NCBI GenBank assembly: GCA_964016885.1
Contig: OZ024749.1
Coordinates: forward strand, 29,884,001-29,948,000
DNA: 64,000 nt
Direction: 5' to 3'
From: Eledone cirrhosa
Taxonomy: Eukaryota
This document shows, in pieces, positions 47,007 to 62,864 of this stretch (position 1 is its first letter; the number at the start of each line of letters is the position of its first letter). The notes beneath the pieces are model-generated. The model was not told the DNA's origin. It saw only the letters and a list, made by a program, of their open reading frames with translations, and did not search any database. The position numbers were made by a program, and so were the translations under genes.

Positions 47007-47717
47007 ATAATCTTTTGAAATTTATAATACTTGCAAAACAAAACAAACAAATAAAAATAAAAATGAACAAAGAATAAAGGAGCCGACCAAGGAAACAATG
47101 TTTCCATTAGTATTTCTATTGCCGATACTATCTGTCAGTCGCAAGTCCTGGCAGATATGATAAGGATTTAAAGTAAGAACGCTCAGCGCCAGATCAAAAT
47201 CCGACTCTACTATTTTAGCCACTCAACCTAAGTACATCACTGGTACTTTATATATCTATATTGAAAAGAATAAAGAAAAGTTAACTCTGTCAGAATTTGA
47301 ACTCAGTGCACACAGAACTGTTATAAATTTTGATGTATTTTAAAAAATCGATATCCTAAGCAACACAATCAATTTTAAGTAACCCCCCCCCCCCGCAAAA
47401 AAAACAAAGAAAGAAGCGATCATTTTCTATAACTTCCATATTACATTTTCTTCGAGAATTAAATTTTCATCAGAACCTCTCTGTAGAATGTTTATCTTAT
47501 TTTGATTAAATAAATTTTCATTTTAATAATAAAAGATTGTTCCTGACATATTCACAATACTCTGTAATAATAGCTATGGGCAAATATGAATAGTTTCTTA
47601 GTAAAACTTCTTTAGTTGGCGATTCACTTTCAGAAATGATGATTATATGAAATATAAAGAAATAACCCAGAAGCCACACACTTCATTGTTTTAAGTATAA
47701 ATTTATTATAACAAATG

Positions 47718-47825
<108 letters not shown>

Positions 47826-47887
47826 TACTATAGATTACTATATATTCTAATATAAATTTATTAGAACATATTGTAAAATATATATAT

Positions 47888-47969
<82 letters not shown>

Positions 47970-48031
47970 TAATATAGATTACTATATATTCTAATATAAA
48001 TTTATTAGAACATATTGTAAAATATATATAT

Positions 48032-48097
<66 letters not shown>

Positions 48098-48582
48098 CGA
48101 TTATTTCTTCCATGCTGGTCGCTGCATCAGAAATCATTTTTGTCTATTGTAAAAGATTACACGATGGAAGCATAATAACCTATATGATTTCAATAGAGCA
48201 CTTATAGAGACAAGAATACACAAAAAAAAAGGAGTTGACAGAGTGAATATTTGATTATTTCTGGCTGGAGGGAGTAAGCTATGCAACAGTGGGATATAAT
48301 ACTACTCACTGTCTTAGAAACACATGCGTATTATCAAAGAGAGTCTAACAAAGTAGTTGTGTTAACATGGCGTATTCCGGCACGTGTATTCACAGAGAGT
48401 GATGAACAAATCGTTAGTATTGTGATTATCTATAATATACCGTGCTATTGGTTTCTGTACTATAATCAATACCGCCTCCTATGCCACCGACGTTCCACCA
48501 CGCCTCATGGCTGGAGAAAAAAACAGTAGTGGTAGTGTTAGATCCAGGAACAATCTATCGACCAATATATCTATTTGCCTGC

Positions 48583-48716
<134 letters not shown>

Positions 48717-48959
48717 CTCCCTCTATTGGGGAAAATCGACTAACTTTTAAATTCCATCTGTGATAACATTTTACACGTTTTTATTGTATGTAAACTTCCC
48801 CCTTTGTATTTGTCCCCTTCTTTTGTGCCCCTGTGGCTAATAAAGAAATATATCTATATGTCTGTCTGTTTGTCTGTCTGTCTGTCGGTCTGTCTGTATG
48901 TATGTATGTATATCTGGCTGTCTGTCCCTCTGTCTATCTATCTATCTATCCACCCACCT

Positions 48960-49610
48960 CGACATTCTATGGAGGATTAGTACGTCACAAGGGCGACGAC
49001 GTGCTCGGAGAGACTCTGGGTGTCGAAGACGACGAGCTCACGAGTCTGTTTCATAGGACTTTCCGCCCGGGACCTATGGACAACTTCCAGAGGTCCCTGG
49101 CCTGGCAGTGCTACCGAGGAGCTCTACCAGTTCGAGACAAGATCTACAGGCACGGACGCCACAGCAGGGATCCTTCCAAAAGGACGTGTCCAAGATGCGA
49201 GCAGGACATTGAAACCGTCTTGCACGCAATTGTACACTGCCCGGGTGTAACCGACCTGTGGAACTACGCAGAATAACTGCTGTCGCGTATGGGACAAATC
49301 CAGTTGACTGCCGAGTCCATAGTAAGGATCAAAACGCCAACTTCTTTCAAAAACGAAAGAGAGGCGGTTTTCTTCTGTATAGTGGCTATGGTCAAAGAGG
49401 TTATATGGTGGACGAGATTGAGAGGACTGAGGACAGATGCCTTTCTCTCCGGACAACAACTCATTCCCTTCTTTAGGTACCACTTTAGAAGGAGAATCAG
49501 AGTGGAGAGAGAGGCACTGCACCCCAGTAAATTTACTGAAAGGTGGGTTAATGTAGCAAAAATGGCCCGAGTGATTGGGCCTTCTCTGTATATAAACCTG
49601 GCGGAGCCCA
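48960..49610 (+). mobile_element. Tx1/L1-clade LINE ORF2 C-terminal fragment (CCHC finger), one in-frame stop
   Basis: LAWQCYRGALPV..CPRCEQDIETVLHAIVHCP..W..IWWTR; homolog at 62865-63292 (-). Confidence 0.85.
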
Positions 49611-50522
49611 ACCCTTCCCAGGTCTGAACATAGCCGATTTTTTCTCAAGAAGACGAATCGACTCCAGTACTGGACTGGTACTTATATATATATGCATGTA
49701 TGTATATAAGTTGTAAAAAGGTGTAAAGTTCTATACAAATAAAACATCAAACGTAAAAAGTAAACGTGAAAAAGCAAAGAGGCATATTTAAAGGAGATTT
49801 TTTTCTCTAATCCTACAGAATGAATATTTTTTTATAATTGTTACTTTAAATGGATTTAAATTTTGACAAATATTACTGGTTTTTATTGGGATATAAATCT
49901 TATCGAATAAAAAGTTTGTGTTCCTTTTGAGTAGGTTGGCGAGACAGACAGACAGAGAGAGAGAGGGAGAGAGAGAGTGTGTGTGTGAGAGAGAGAGATA
50001 ATTAACTAAGTTTTCTACTTTAGTTAAATTACTATATATCCATGTCATCCTGTTTATGTATGTATATGTGTACATTACCAACAACACTTGATCACATAAA
50101 TCTACTACAGCGCCGCCACATGTCCAAATGTTGTGGCACCATTTTAATTGTGCATAGCCTAAGTCTCTATTTCAAGTTTGTAAACTATTTATTATTTTTA
50201 TCATTATTCATTCCGACCATTTAAAAAAAAATTTAGTTTCAATAACGAAAGGCATTTTGCTGACTTCATGAATTAAACATAAATAATGACAAAGAAATAA
50301 TAAAAAAAAATAACCAATAAATAAATGAATAAATAAACAAATACATAAATGCCTCAATCATCAGACAAATGCATTAAAATAAACAATCGTTTGATATTTG
50401 GTTTCATAGGATAATTTATGTAATGCATACTTCAGGCATTTTGTAAGCTTGCATAATGGATCGTAATGGTTAAATCCAATCGTAGCTTTGTAGGAGTTTG
50501 TAGTTAATATTTATTTTGTTTT

Positions 50523-50790
50523 CAAATAAAATAAAATAAAACAAAATAAAATAAAATGAAATAAAATGAAATAAAATAAAACAAAATAAAATGAAATAAA
50601 ATAAAATAAAATAAAATAAAATAAAATAAAATAAAATAAAATAAAATAAAATGAAATAAAATGAAATAAAATAAAATAAAATAAAATGAAATGAAATGAA
50701 ATGAAATGAAATAAAATGAAATAAAATAAAATAAAATAAAATAAAATAAAATAAAATAAAATAAAATAAAATAAAATGAAATAAAATAAA
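50523..50790. repeat. (AAAAT)n microsatellite
   Basis: Direct reading. Confidence 0.95.
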
Positions 50791-51404
50791 GAAAATATCT
50801 TTGTTTTATTTCCATTTTAATAAATGTTTTTTTGTGTATTTATGTAATTAGATTATGCTTTTATTTTGCGTAAATAAACCGCTACAAGTAACAAATAAAC
50901 CAAACCAACAAAGCAAATAAATGGACATTAACTATGAAAAAAAAAATGATGTAACCGATAAAAGGATTTACGAAAATAGTTTTTTAAAATTTATTTTTGT
51001 CTAACCACAGCGATTAATTTTAACATAAAAATTATTATTTCTTTTGTACATGTGACGTTTTCTGTGTTTTGTTGTTTTTGTAGTAGTAGTAGTAGTAGTA
51101 GTTGTAGCTGTAGTAGCAGTTGTTGCGGGAGTTCTTCTTCTTCTTCTTCTTCTTCTTCTTCTTCTTCTTCTTCTTCTTCTTCTTCTTCTTCTTCTTCTTC
51201 TTCTTCTTCTTCTTCTTCTTCTTCTTCTTCTTCTTCTTCTTCTTCTTCTTCTTCTTTCTTTCTTTCTTTCTTTTTTTCTTTCTTTCTTTCTTTACATTTA
51301 ATTAAGATCAGTTCGTTATAATTGTGGATAGTTATAAAAGATTATTATTTGCAGAATAATTTCCATGTGCTTCCCCCACCCCGCTCCGTCATCCACCAAA
51401 GCAG

Positions 51405-52845
51405 ACAGCCACACCACTCCACACCACTCCACACCACTCCACACCACTCCACACCACATCACACCACTCCACACCACTCCACACCACTCCACACCACATC
51501 ACACCACGCCACACCACTCCACACCACTCCACGCCACTCCACACCACGGCACAGAACAGCACAGCACGGCACACCGCTCCACACCACACCACTCCACACC
51601 ATTCCACGCCACTCCACACCACGGCACAGAACAGCACAGCACGGTACACCGCACCACACCACACCACACTACACCACACCACATCACACCACACCACACC
51701 ACTCCACACCACACCACTCCACACCACACCACACCACTCCATACCACACCAAACTACACCCCACCCCACCCCACCCCACCCCACCCCACCCCACCCCACC
51801 CAACCCCACCCCACCACACCACACCACACTACAGCACTCCACCCCACACTACACCCCACACCACCCCACCCCACCCCACCCCACCCCACCACATCACACC
51901 ACTCCACATCACACTACACCCCACCTCACCCCACCACACCACACTACACCACACTATACCACCACTCCATACCACACCACACCACACCACACCACACCAC
52001 ACCACACCACACAACACCACACCATACTACACCACCACACCACACCACGCTACAATCCACCACACCACACCACACTACACCCCACCACACCACACCACAC
52101 CGCACCGCACCACTCCACACCACTCCACACCACACTACACCACCACACCACACCACACCACACCACACCACACCACACCACACCACACCACACCACACCA
52201 CACCACACCACACCACACCACACCACACCACACCATACTACACCACCACACCTCACCACACCACACTACACTCCACCACACCACACCACACTACACCCCA
52301 CCACACCGCACCGCACCACTCCACACCACTCCACACCACACTACACCACCACACCACACCACTCCACACCACTCCACACTACACCATCACACCATCACAC
52401 CACACCACACTCCACCAGACCAAGCTACACCCCACCACGCCACACCACACTACACCACACCATACTACACTACACCACACCATACTACACCACACCACAC
52501 CACACTACACCACACTACACTACCCCACACCACACCACACCACACCACACCACACCACCTACACCCAACCACACCACACCACACCACACCACACCACAAT
52601 ACACCACACCATACTACACCATACCACACCACACCACACTACACCCCCACACCTCACCACACCACACCACACCACACCACACTACACCATACTATACCAA
52701 ACCACACTACACCATACTACACCACACTACACCACACCACATTACACCACACCCCACCACACCACACTACACCACACCACACTACACCATACTACACCAC
52801 ACCACACTACACCACACTACACCACACTACACCACACCACACCAT
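51405..52845. repeat. Degenerate (CACCA)n pentanucleotide satellite
   Basis: Direct reading; explains the H/T/P-rich ORFs. Confidence 0.95.
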
Positions 52846-53049
52846 CAATATGCTTAATCACATTCACACTTACAGACAACACGTAGCGACGTACCATAAA
52901 AACCACTCATATACACATACACATACACATACACATGCACACCCACTCATACATACATAGACACATGTACATATAAACACATTCACATTTACTGACAACA
53001 CATAGACACGCACCCTAAAAAACCACACATATACACACATATACACACA

Positions 53050-53680
53050 CACTCACATACACACATATATATATATATATAAACACATTCACAGTAGACA
53101 GGCACACTCAAAACGACACATATACACACACATACTCACATACACACACATATATATATAAACACATTCACAGTAGACAGGCACACTCAAAACGACACAT
53201 ATACACACACATACTCACATACACACACACACATATATATATATGTATAAACACATTCACAGTAGACAGGCACACTCAAAACGACACATATACACACACA
53301 TACTCACATACACACACACACATATATATATGTATAAACACATTCACAGTAGACAGGCACACTCAAAACGACACATATACACACACATGCTCACATACAC
53401 ACACACATATATATATATGTATAAACACATTCACAGTAGACAGGCACCCTCAAAACGACGCATATACACACACACACTCACATATATAAACACATTCACA
53501 GTAGACAGGCACCCTCAAAACGACACATATACACATACACACTCACATATACACACATATATATATATATAAACACATTCACAGTAGACAGGCACACTCA
53601 AAACGACACATATACACACACATACCAACACACACACACACATATATATATATAAACACATTCACAGTAGACAGGCACAT
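53050..53680. repeat. ~70-80-bp tandem repeat
   Basis: AAACACATTCACAGTAGACAGGCACACTCAAAACGAC recurs ~9 times. Confidence 0.9.
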
Positions 53681-53829
53681 ATACTCAAACATGCACACTC
53701 AAACTTACACCCTCAAATCCACACACATGCACACATATACACATATTGAGAAAAATCGGTTAAATTACGTAATATTACTGCTGACTAAGGAAGTCAACAA
53801 TATTTGAAAGCAATTAATTATTGTTGTGG

Positions 53830-54450
53830 AGGGTGGTGGATTGGCAGTATCGGTAGAGAGTCGGACGCCATACTTTGTCATATAAAGTTACGGCCCTTGC
53901 CATTCTGAGTTCAAATCCCGCCAAGGTTAACTTTGCCTTTCATCCTTACGGGGTCGATAAAATAAAGTACCAGTAATACACTAGGATAATTGCTGGCCTT
54001 GCGCCAAACGTAGAAACAATTATTGTTGTGTCTGTATTTGTATTCCAGTCTGGGTGTGAAGACTCATAGAAAGCATATCACACATGCTACACCAAAGTAC
54101 GTTCTTTTCTACACAAAGTACGTACTACTTCACACAAAGATAATTATTTCTACTTTTGGCACAAGGCCAGCAATTATCCCAGTGCATTACTGGTACTTTA
54201 TTTCATCGACCCCGTAAGGATGAAAGGCAAAGTTAAGCTCGGCGGGATTTGAACTCAGACCATGATAATTGTTTCTACTTTTTGGCACAAGGCCAGCAAA
54301 TAACCAGTGCATTACTGGTACTTTATTTTATCGACCCCGTAAGGATGAAAGGCAAAGTCAACCTCGGCGGGATTTTAACTCAGATCGTTAAGGGACGTAA
54401 CTATGCTGGAAAGCATGACATCCGACCCCCTACCGATACTGCCAATCCAC
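53830..54450. mobile_element. Three tRNA-derived SINEs (53830-54023 +; 54140-54258 and 54265-54450 -)
   Basis: A/B boxes and core; inverted pair. Confidence 0.85.
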
Positions 54451-54725
54451 TAATGAGAAAACACTACAAGGGTGTCTTATGTACGAAAGAAATCTATCTC
54501 TCATGTCATTAATAATCTAGGCAATATACATTTATAAGAATCAGATTCCAATAGACAAAACAATTTGAAATATTTTTCCAATGCTCTAACGGCCATCAGA
54601 TATACCACGCTGGCATGAAACATTTCTATGTTCAGATCTCTATCGTATATCTAGACTGTACATGCATACATAGACATATACACAGACATTGACACGCACA
54701 TAATCATAGACATACACACACGCAC

Positions 54726-54759
<34 letters not shown>

Positions 54760-54789
54760 GATATATACTATACGTATATACAGTGTATT

Positions 54790-54828
<39 letters not shown>

Positions 54829-54835
54829 TTTAAAG

Positions 54836-54920
54836 GGTCCGTCGAGCTGCCAATTATTGAGTCGGGTAAGATCGATACAGATCGAACCTTGAGCTGATCA
54901 GTGGCGAAACGCGCGTCACC
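54836..54920 (+). ncRNA. Hammerhead-like motif, variant core CCGUCGA, long helix II
   Basis: GGT-CCGTCGA-GCTGC..GTGGC-GAAA-CGCGCG-TC-ACC then AATAAA. Confidence 0.6.
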
Positions 54921-54969
54921 AAACCAATAAATGTAATGAAGGAGTAACCAATCGTCCTTGTTATCCTTT

Positions 54970-55013
<44 letters not shown>

Positions 55014-55046
55014 TCCTATGAAATACGCCATATAATGTATGTATGC

Positions 55047-55079
<33 letters not shown>

Positions 55080-55153
55080 CTCCTATGAAATACGCCATAT
55101 AATGTATGTATGCATATAAATATATATATATATATATAGTTTTAATATAGATG

Positions 55154-55204
55154 AGATTCTACAGGACTAGAACTGTTTCATTCATTAGAAATCATCAGGA
55201 ATCT
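55154..55204 (-). ncRNA. Hammerhead motif, family B
   Basis: AGATTC-CTGATGA-TTTC-TAAT-GAAT-GAAA-CAG-ttctagtc-CTG-TA-GAATCT. Confidence 0.8.
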
Positions 55205-55790
55205 GGGTATCAAAAAATAAATATGGTATTTATAGGTCTCTACAAGTGGTAGGAGAGGGTGGGGAGTGGGATGGGTGCAGGTCATTGGTTGATAGAAAAG
55301 GGAATTCATTAAAAGCTAATTCTACAAAGCTATAGTTTATTTTTATTTATTTATGTTTTTAGAGTAACAAGGGCAGACAGAATTCTATAAACAGGTTCCG
55401 GATGGCATACCATTCCTTGTCATTAAGTTTCTCTTAAGCTAACAGATGTCTTTAAAATCAGTGGGGGGTCAGTCATGGTCGATAGAATTAAAGAAAAGGG
55501 AGATTCTTTAAAAGCTAAAATCATTAAGGTTCTACTAAGTGACAAAGGCTAGAGAATTCTGCAGACAGATTCAAAATACTGAGTGCATATCTTACTAATA
55601 TCTTCGAACTTCTCTTAAACTAATCAACTATATGCCAAAAATCAACAGACACATTCACAAAAAAACAAAAAAACACATACTCACTCACACACTTACGCGC
55701 AACCATAAACACACACACAAACACATATACACACATAAAAACACACACACATATATAAAAATATATTCATGTACACACACATACATACAC

Positions 55791-55905
<115 letters not shown>

Positions 55906-56022
55906 TATATACACATATATATACACACACATATATATATACACACACATATATACACAAATAAATACGCTCACACGCATACATACAAACACAAATACAT
56001 ATACACACAAATACATATAGAC

Positions 56023-56069
<47 letters not shown>

Positions 56070-56111
56070 ACACATACATACATACACATATATATATACA
56101 CACACCTACAT

Positions 56112-56154
<43 letters not shown>

Positions 56155-56186
56155 TATGTGTGTGTATATATATAATGTATGTATGC

Positions 56187-56281
<95 letters not shown>

Positions 56282-56578
56282 TTATATGCATACATACATT
56301 ATATGGCGTATTTCATAGGAGTTTCATTATATATATTGTTTACCTTTTACATATATATATATATATTAATATATATATATATTATTATTATTATTACTTT
56401 CAATGCTCCTATGAAATACGCCACGCTGGCATTAAATCGCTTCATGTAAAAATCAGTGAAATAAAAGATATCTTACTTATATAACCCTATCAGATATACC
56501 ATGGATGCTTATCAATTTTTCCATACAAAAATTTATCAGATAACTTTCGTATATACATAAATATATGATATAAGTCAC

Positions 56579-56612
<34 letters not shown>

Positions 56613-56856
56613 GGAAATCAGTAAAATCGAATCTCTGGCGGTTTGCAAGTGAATTCGGCCTACTTATATGAAATGATGAGTTAGCAAAGCACTCGATAAG
56701 ATAGGTCCTTAGAGTAATAACATACGTTTAAATATCTTGACAAATCGAACATTGTGGTAGGCTAAACTAACACACAATATATATACCAGAGCAACGATAG
56801 AACTAATCAGATTGAGAAAAAAATATATTCATTTCTCTCTCTCTCTCTCCCTCTCT

Positions 56857-56902
<46 letters not shown>

Positions 56903-56949
56903 CACTACAGGAATTGAAGGTTATACGGTATGTCGTATATCCAATCTCT

Positions 56950-57020
56950 TATATATTTTATCTGATGAAAACGTTCTGAAACACCATTGTACCTTTGAAA
57001 TATATATAATAAAATATATA
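56950..57020 (+). ncRNA. Hammerhead motif, family A (diverged helix II)
   Basis: TATTTTAT-CTGATGA-AAA..TTT-GAAA-TATATA-TA-ATAAAATA. Confidence 0.6.
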
Positions 57021-57155
57021 CTTTGGTTATGATAATATTTCTCATTTATTAATATTTTGAATAATATTATAGATACTCCAGATTAATTTTGTCGAGTGCT
57101 TCTAATCTATTGTAAAATTGAATTCGTTGAATAATCAACGAAACATAAACTTTTG

Positions 57156-57243
<88 letters not shown>

Positions 57244-57355
57244 TGTATATATATATATGTATGTATATATATAAATATGTATATATGTATATGTATGTAT
57301 ATATATATAAATATGTATATATATATGTATGTATATATATATATAAATATGTATA

Positions 57356-57407
<52 letters not shown>

Positions 57408-57441
57408 TATAAAAACATATATAAATATATATATATATATG

Positions 57442-57518
<77 letters not shown>

Positions 57519-57644
57519 GTTATTCCGGGTTGAATCGGAGGTAACCACAGTAAGTAAGGTACTCAATACATAGCAGAGTATAACAGTTTTAATATAGATG
57601 AGATTCTACAGGACTAGAACTGTTTCATTCATTAGAAATCATCA

Positions 57645-57697
57645 GAGATTCCTGATGATTTCTAATGAATGAAACAGTTCTAGTCCTGTAGAATCTC
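57645..57697 (+). ncRNA. Hammerhead motif, family B, in fold-back 57586-57712
   Basis: GAGATTC-CTGATGA-TTTC-TAAT-GAAT-GAAA-CAG..CTG-TA-GAATCTC; mirror core on minus strand. Confidence 0.8.
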
Positions 57698-58274
57698 ATC
57701 TATATTAAAACTATATATATATATATATATATGTACATATATATATATATGTACATATATAAATATATATATGTGTGTGTGTGTGTGTATTATATATCCA
57801 AAATAAAAACGCTATCAGATATGCAATACATACATTATATATTTCTATGTGTACAACTTTATCATATATGTACTTTATCTCTATATGCAATGAAAGAAAT
57901 ACCCAGATAACACGATACTTGTTTTAGATATATTTATACATTGAGGAAGCTAAAACTATTTAATTCGCTCCCCCTTGATATTCTATTCACCGTATATCTA
58001 GCAGTAGCTGGTCTACTTTCTCATGTACTTTTATTAACTTCTGTTGGAATGACTTTGATCTTGTGAAATGGTAAAATATATATATAAATAAAAAATTTCT
58101 TGAGTTTATTCGAAATCTTAACTATAAATATACATAGTTCCAAATCAGCGCTTAGCATTTGTTTGATCATAAGCCGTATCTGCTTAGTGTTGCCGAATCT
58201 TAATTATTATGATGTTTTTTTTTCCCTAAAAGGGAAGTTCGTGTTTTCTATTTCTATTATTTTGAAAGGTTTCT

Positions 58275-59953
58275 CTGTTCATTTATTCTATAAGACACCT
58301 CCTACACACCACAGCCCTGTGTTAATTTATTCTATAACACACCTCCTACACACCACAGCCCTGTGTTAATTTATTCTATAACACACCTCCTACACACCAC
58401 AGCCCTGTGTTAATTTATTCTATAACACACCTCCTACACACCACACTCCTGTGTTCATTTATTCTATAAGACACCTCATACACACCACACTCCTGTGTTA
58501 ATTTATTCCACAACAAACCTCCAACACATGACATTCCTCTATTAATTTATTCTATAACACACCTCCTACACACCACACTAGTGTGTTGATTTATTCCTTA
58601 ACACATCTCCTACAAACTTCAATACTGCGTTAATTTATTCTATAACACCTCCTACACACAACACTCATTTGTTCATCTATTCTGTACATACCTCCTACAC
58701 ACCACACTACTGTGTTCATTTATTCCTTAACACACCTTCTACACACCACAGTAATGTGTTCATTTATTCCCCAACACACCACCTACACACCACACTCCTG
58801 TGTTCATTTATTCCCCAACACACCTCCAACACACCAGACTCCTGTGTTCATTTATTCCCCAACACACCACCTACACACCACACTCCTGTGTTCATTTATT
58901 CCCCAACACACCTCCTACACACCACACTACTGTGTTCATTTATCCCCCAACACACCTCCTACACACCACACTCCTGTGTTCATTTATTCCCCAACACACC
59001 TCCTACACACCACACTCCTGTGCTCATTTATTCCCCCAACACACCTCCTACACACCACAAAACTGTGTTCATTTATTCCCCAACACACCTCCTACACACC
59101 ACAAAACTGTGTTCATTTATTCCCCAACACACCTCCTACACACTACAAAACTGTGTTCATTTATTCCCCAACACACCTCCTACACACCACACTCCTGTGT
59201 TCATTTATTCCCCAACACACCTCCTACACACCACACTCATGTGTTCATTTATTCCCCAACACACCTCCTACACACCACAAAACTGTGTTCATTTATTCCT
59301 CAACACACCTCCTACACACCACACTCCTGTGTTCATTTATTCCCCAACACACCTCCTACACACCACACTCCTGTGTTCATTTATTCCCCAACACACCTCC
59401 TACACACCACACTCATGTGTTCATTTATTCCCCAACACACCTCCTACACACCACACTCCTGTATTCATTTATTCCCCAGCACACCTCCTACACACCACAC
59501 TCCTGTGTTCATTTATTCCCCAACACACCTCCTACACACCACAAAACTGTGTTCATTTATTCCCCAACACACCTCCTACACACCACACTCCTGTGTTCAT
59601 TTATTCCCCAACACACCTCCTACACACCACACTCATGTGTTCATTTATTCCCCAACACACCTCCTACACACCACACTCCTGTATTCATTTATTCCCCAGC
59701 ACACCTCCTACACACCACACTCCTGTGTTCATTTATTCCCCAACACACCTCCTACACACCACACTCCTGTGTTCATTTATTCCCCAGCACACCTCCTACA
59801 CACCACACTCCTGTGTTCATTTATTCCCCAACACACCTCCTACACACCACACTCCTGTGTTCATTTATTCCCCAACACACCTCCTACACACCACACTCCT
59901 GTGTTCATTTATTCCCCAACACACCTCCTACACACCACAAAACTGTGTTCATT
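58275..59953. repeat. 44-bp minisatellite (~38 copies)
   Basis: CACACCTCCTACACACCACACTCCTGTGTTCATTTATTCCCCAA unit. Confidence 0.95.
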
Positions 59954-60257
59954 AAGCTTGTGGTTTTATTTACTCTTGTTTCATGTTGCAAAGCCGATTC
60001 TGTATGTTCTTTGATTTTTCTTTGTTTTATAGCGATTCATTAAATTTGATCGTTTTCTTAACACACAGTTAAGCGATCGATAAACGATTGAAGCGCTTAG
60101 CCCCAAAGTCCCAACACTTTACATCACCCCCGTGGAAACATGGTTACCATAACGAGATATCACTCTCAAATTAATCGTCCTTTAATTAGCTTGCTCTACT
60201 GAATCTACCAATGTCATATCAAACACTTTTTGAACACTTCTAAAACTCTAAGGTCAT

Positions 60258-61080
60258 GGGTGGTGGTGATGATGGTGATGGTGATGATGATGATGATGGT
60301 GATGGTGATGATGATGGTGATGGTGATGATGATCATGATGACGATGATGACGACGGTGGTGATGATGATGGTGATGGTGGTGATGGCGGCGGCGGCGGTG
60401 ATGATGATGATGGTGATGGTGATGGTGATGATGATGGTGATGGTGATGGTGATGATGATGGTGATGGTGATGGTGATGGTGATGGTGATGGTGATGGTGA
60501 TGATGATCATGATGACGATGATGACGACGGTGGTGATGGTGATGGTGGTGATGGCGGCGGCGGCGGTGATGATGATGGTGATGGTGATGGTGATGGTGAT
60601 GGTGATGGTGATCATGATGACGATGACGACGACGGTGGTGATGGTGATGGTGATGGTGATGGTGATGGTGATGGTGATCATGATGACGATGATGACGACG
60701 GTGGTGATGATGAGGGTGATGGTGGTGATGGTGGCGGCGGCGGTGGTGATGATGATGGTGATGATGGTCGTGGTGGTGGTGGTGATGATGATGACGACGA
60801 TGGTGGCGGCGGCGGTGGTGATGATGATGGTGATGGTGATGGTCGTGGTGGTGATGATGATGATGATGATGACGACGACGACGGTGGCGGCGGTGGTGAT
60901 GATGATGATGATGGTGATTATGGTGATGATGGTGATGATGGTGGAGGTGGTGGTGATGATGACGACGACGACGATGATGATGATGTCGATGACGACGACG
61001 ACGACGGCGGCGGCGACGACGGTGGTACTGGTGATGTTGATGATTATGATGATGATAATGATGACGATGACGACGACGAC

Positions 61081-61128
<48 letters not shown>

Positions 61129-61171
61129 CATCATCATCATCATCTTCATCATCATCATCATCATCATCATC
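60258..61171. repeat. Complex (GAT/GGT/GAC/GGC)n tract flipping to (CAT)n at ~61128
   Basis: Direct reading. Confidence 0.95.
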
Positions 61172-61954
61172 AGCAAGGGCTGGATGGGTTCTCGTAGACC
61201 AAGTCAGTACTCACAGACAGGTTATAGAGTGCAGAGGAGAAGTTGTCAAGACTTTTGACACAACTGCAGGGTCCCTCCAACCCTTTATTTGGCATGTCCT
61301 TCCTATCACTAACTACTTTACAGTGTGCACTTGCTGTGTTTATTGTGTAGGTCACCACCACGAGGGAGGTTGTCAAGCCCTTTATACAGACAGTCAGATA
61401 GACAGACAGACAGACATGCAGCCAGCTAGACAGACAGATAGATATATATGTTTCTTTTATTTGCCACCAGGGTATCAAAAGTGGGACAAGTACAATGGGG
61501 GGGAGTTTACAAAACAAGGCGTCCTCAATAAGGAGGAGGCAATAACAATATATAAAAATAAAATAAAATATAACAAAAAAAAAAATTCATAACAAAGTCC
61601 TCAATAGAGAGGAGGCGCCTTGGGGGGTCGCACACACCCCCGAAAAAAGTGTGCAACCCTTCTCCTCAGGAGCACAGAGAAGGGTTGCTCCCTTGGTCTT
61701 TCATCTTCCTCACCTATAGTCTGATGTAGAGACAGACAGATAGATATATAGGTAGATAGGCACACAGCCAGCCAGCAAGCCAGCCAAACAGATAGACATA
61801 TTTAATTTTATGGTGAGGTAAAACTTGTAAATATAGCGCTAATATTACTATCGTAGTGAACAACTTGAAATGGTTGACAATTAATACTTAGGTTTCGATA
61901 CAATGTCTCTCAAATCTAAAAAGAAGACACATTTATAAAGACTAACAGAGAATA

Positions 61955-62225
61955 TGGAGGCACGTAGCCTAGTGGTAAGGGTGTTGGACATACGATCACT
62001 GTGTCATGGGTTCGATTCCTGGGTTGGGTTGCGTGTTGTGTTCTTGAGCATAACACTTCATATCACGTTGCCTCAGTATACTCAGCTGAAAATGAGTACC
62101 AGCAATAACTGGATGTTTAACCCTGCGATGGACTGGCGTCTTGTGCTCTCAGTCGCTTCACGCCATGAAACCTGAATAAACACCGGCCTAACGAGCCTTC
62201 TGGCTTAAGAGAGACTTTAGACTTC
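61955..62225 (+). mobile_element. tRNA-derived CORE-like SINE
   Basis: TAGCCTAGTGG A box, GGTTCGATTCC B box, TTGAGCA..ACTCAGCTG core, AACCCTGCGATGGACTGGCGTC. Confidence 0.8.
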
Positions 62226-62811
62226 GAACAGAGAATATTCTCTGGAATATTCGATTGTTAGAAATTAACCATTTCCAATTAAAACCAAACCCAATCAATA
62301 CCGAAAGGGTTAATCAGTAGGTCACTTTAATATATCCTCTCTAACATATGAACATATTTGACCAATTAATTAACCACGGGTTCAGGCTCTTATGCGAAAA
62401 AATGTCAGAAATTGTAAAGGAGATACAAATGTAGATAAAAGAAATTGTAATGGTAAATGATCAAACCTCCTTTGAAGTGAAAATATTGAAGAATTGAAGA
62501 AAATCATCTTTTGGACACGTCATGGTATAACGACTTTACAGCGACTACGATATAATAACGAATTAATCATAATCAATAGAAAGATTTATTATAAATTAAT
62601 TTGTTGCAAAGTGTTGACCAGAATGTTTCTTTAGCCATTTAATTATTTATTAGAGCTGAAGATGAAAGAGGAAAATTATGATTTTCTTATTTCTTTGTGT
62701 TGAATAAACGGATTAATACAGAACAGGTTTTTAAACGGAATAACGAGTCAATTTATTATTTAGATAATTTGTCACCATACAGACAGATAGATAGACAGAC
62801 AGGCAGACAGC

Positions 62812-62864
<53 letters not shown>

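Noticed and set aside
51322-52960. 511/531-aa His/Thr/Pro ORFs
   Set aside because: (CACCA)n satellite, open in multiple frames.
53830-53925. tRNA gene
   Set aside because: A/B boxes belong to SINE heads; no cloverleaf, continues into SINE core.
58669-60043. 400+ aa repeat ORFs or CRISPR-like array
   Set aside because: Pure 44-bp tandem repeat with no unique spacers.
60214-61258. Gly/Asp-rich or Met/Val-rich ORFs
   Set aside because: Trinucleotide tract open in several frames; no splice or non-repetitive coding context.
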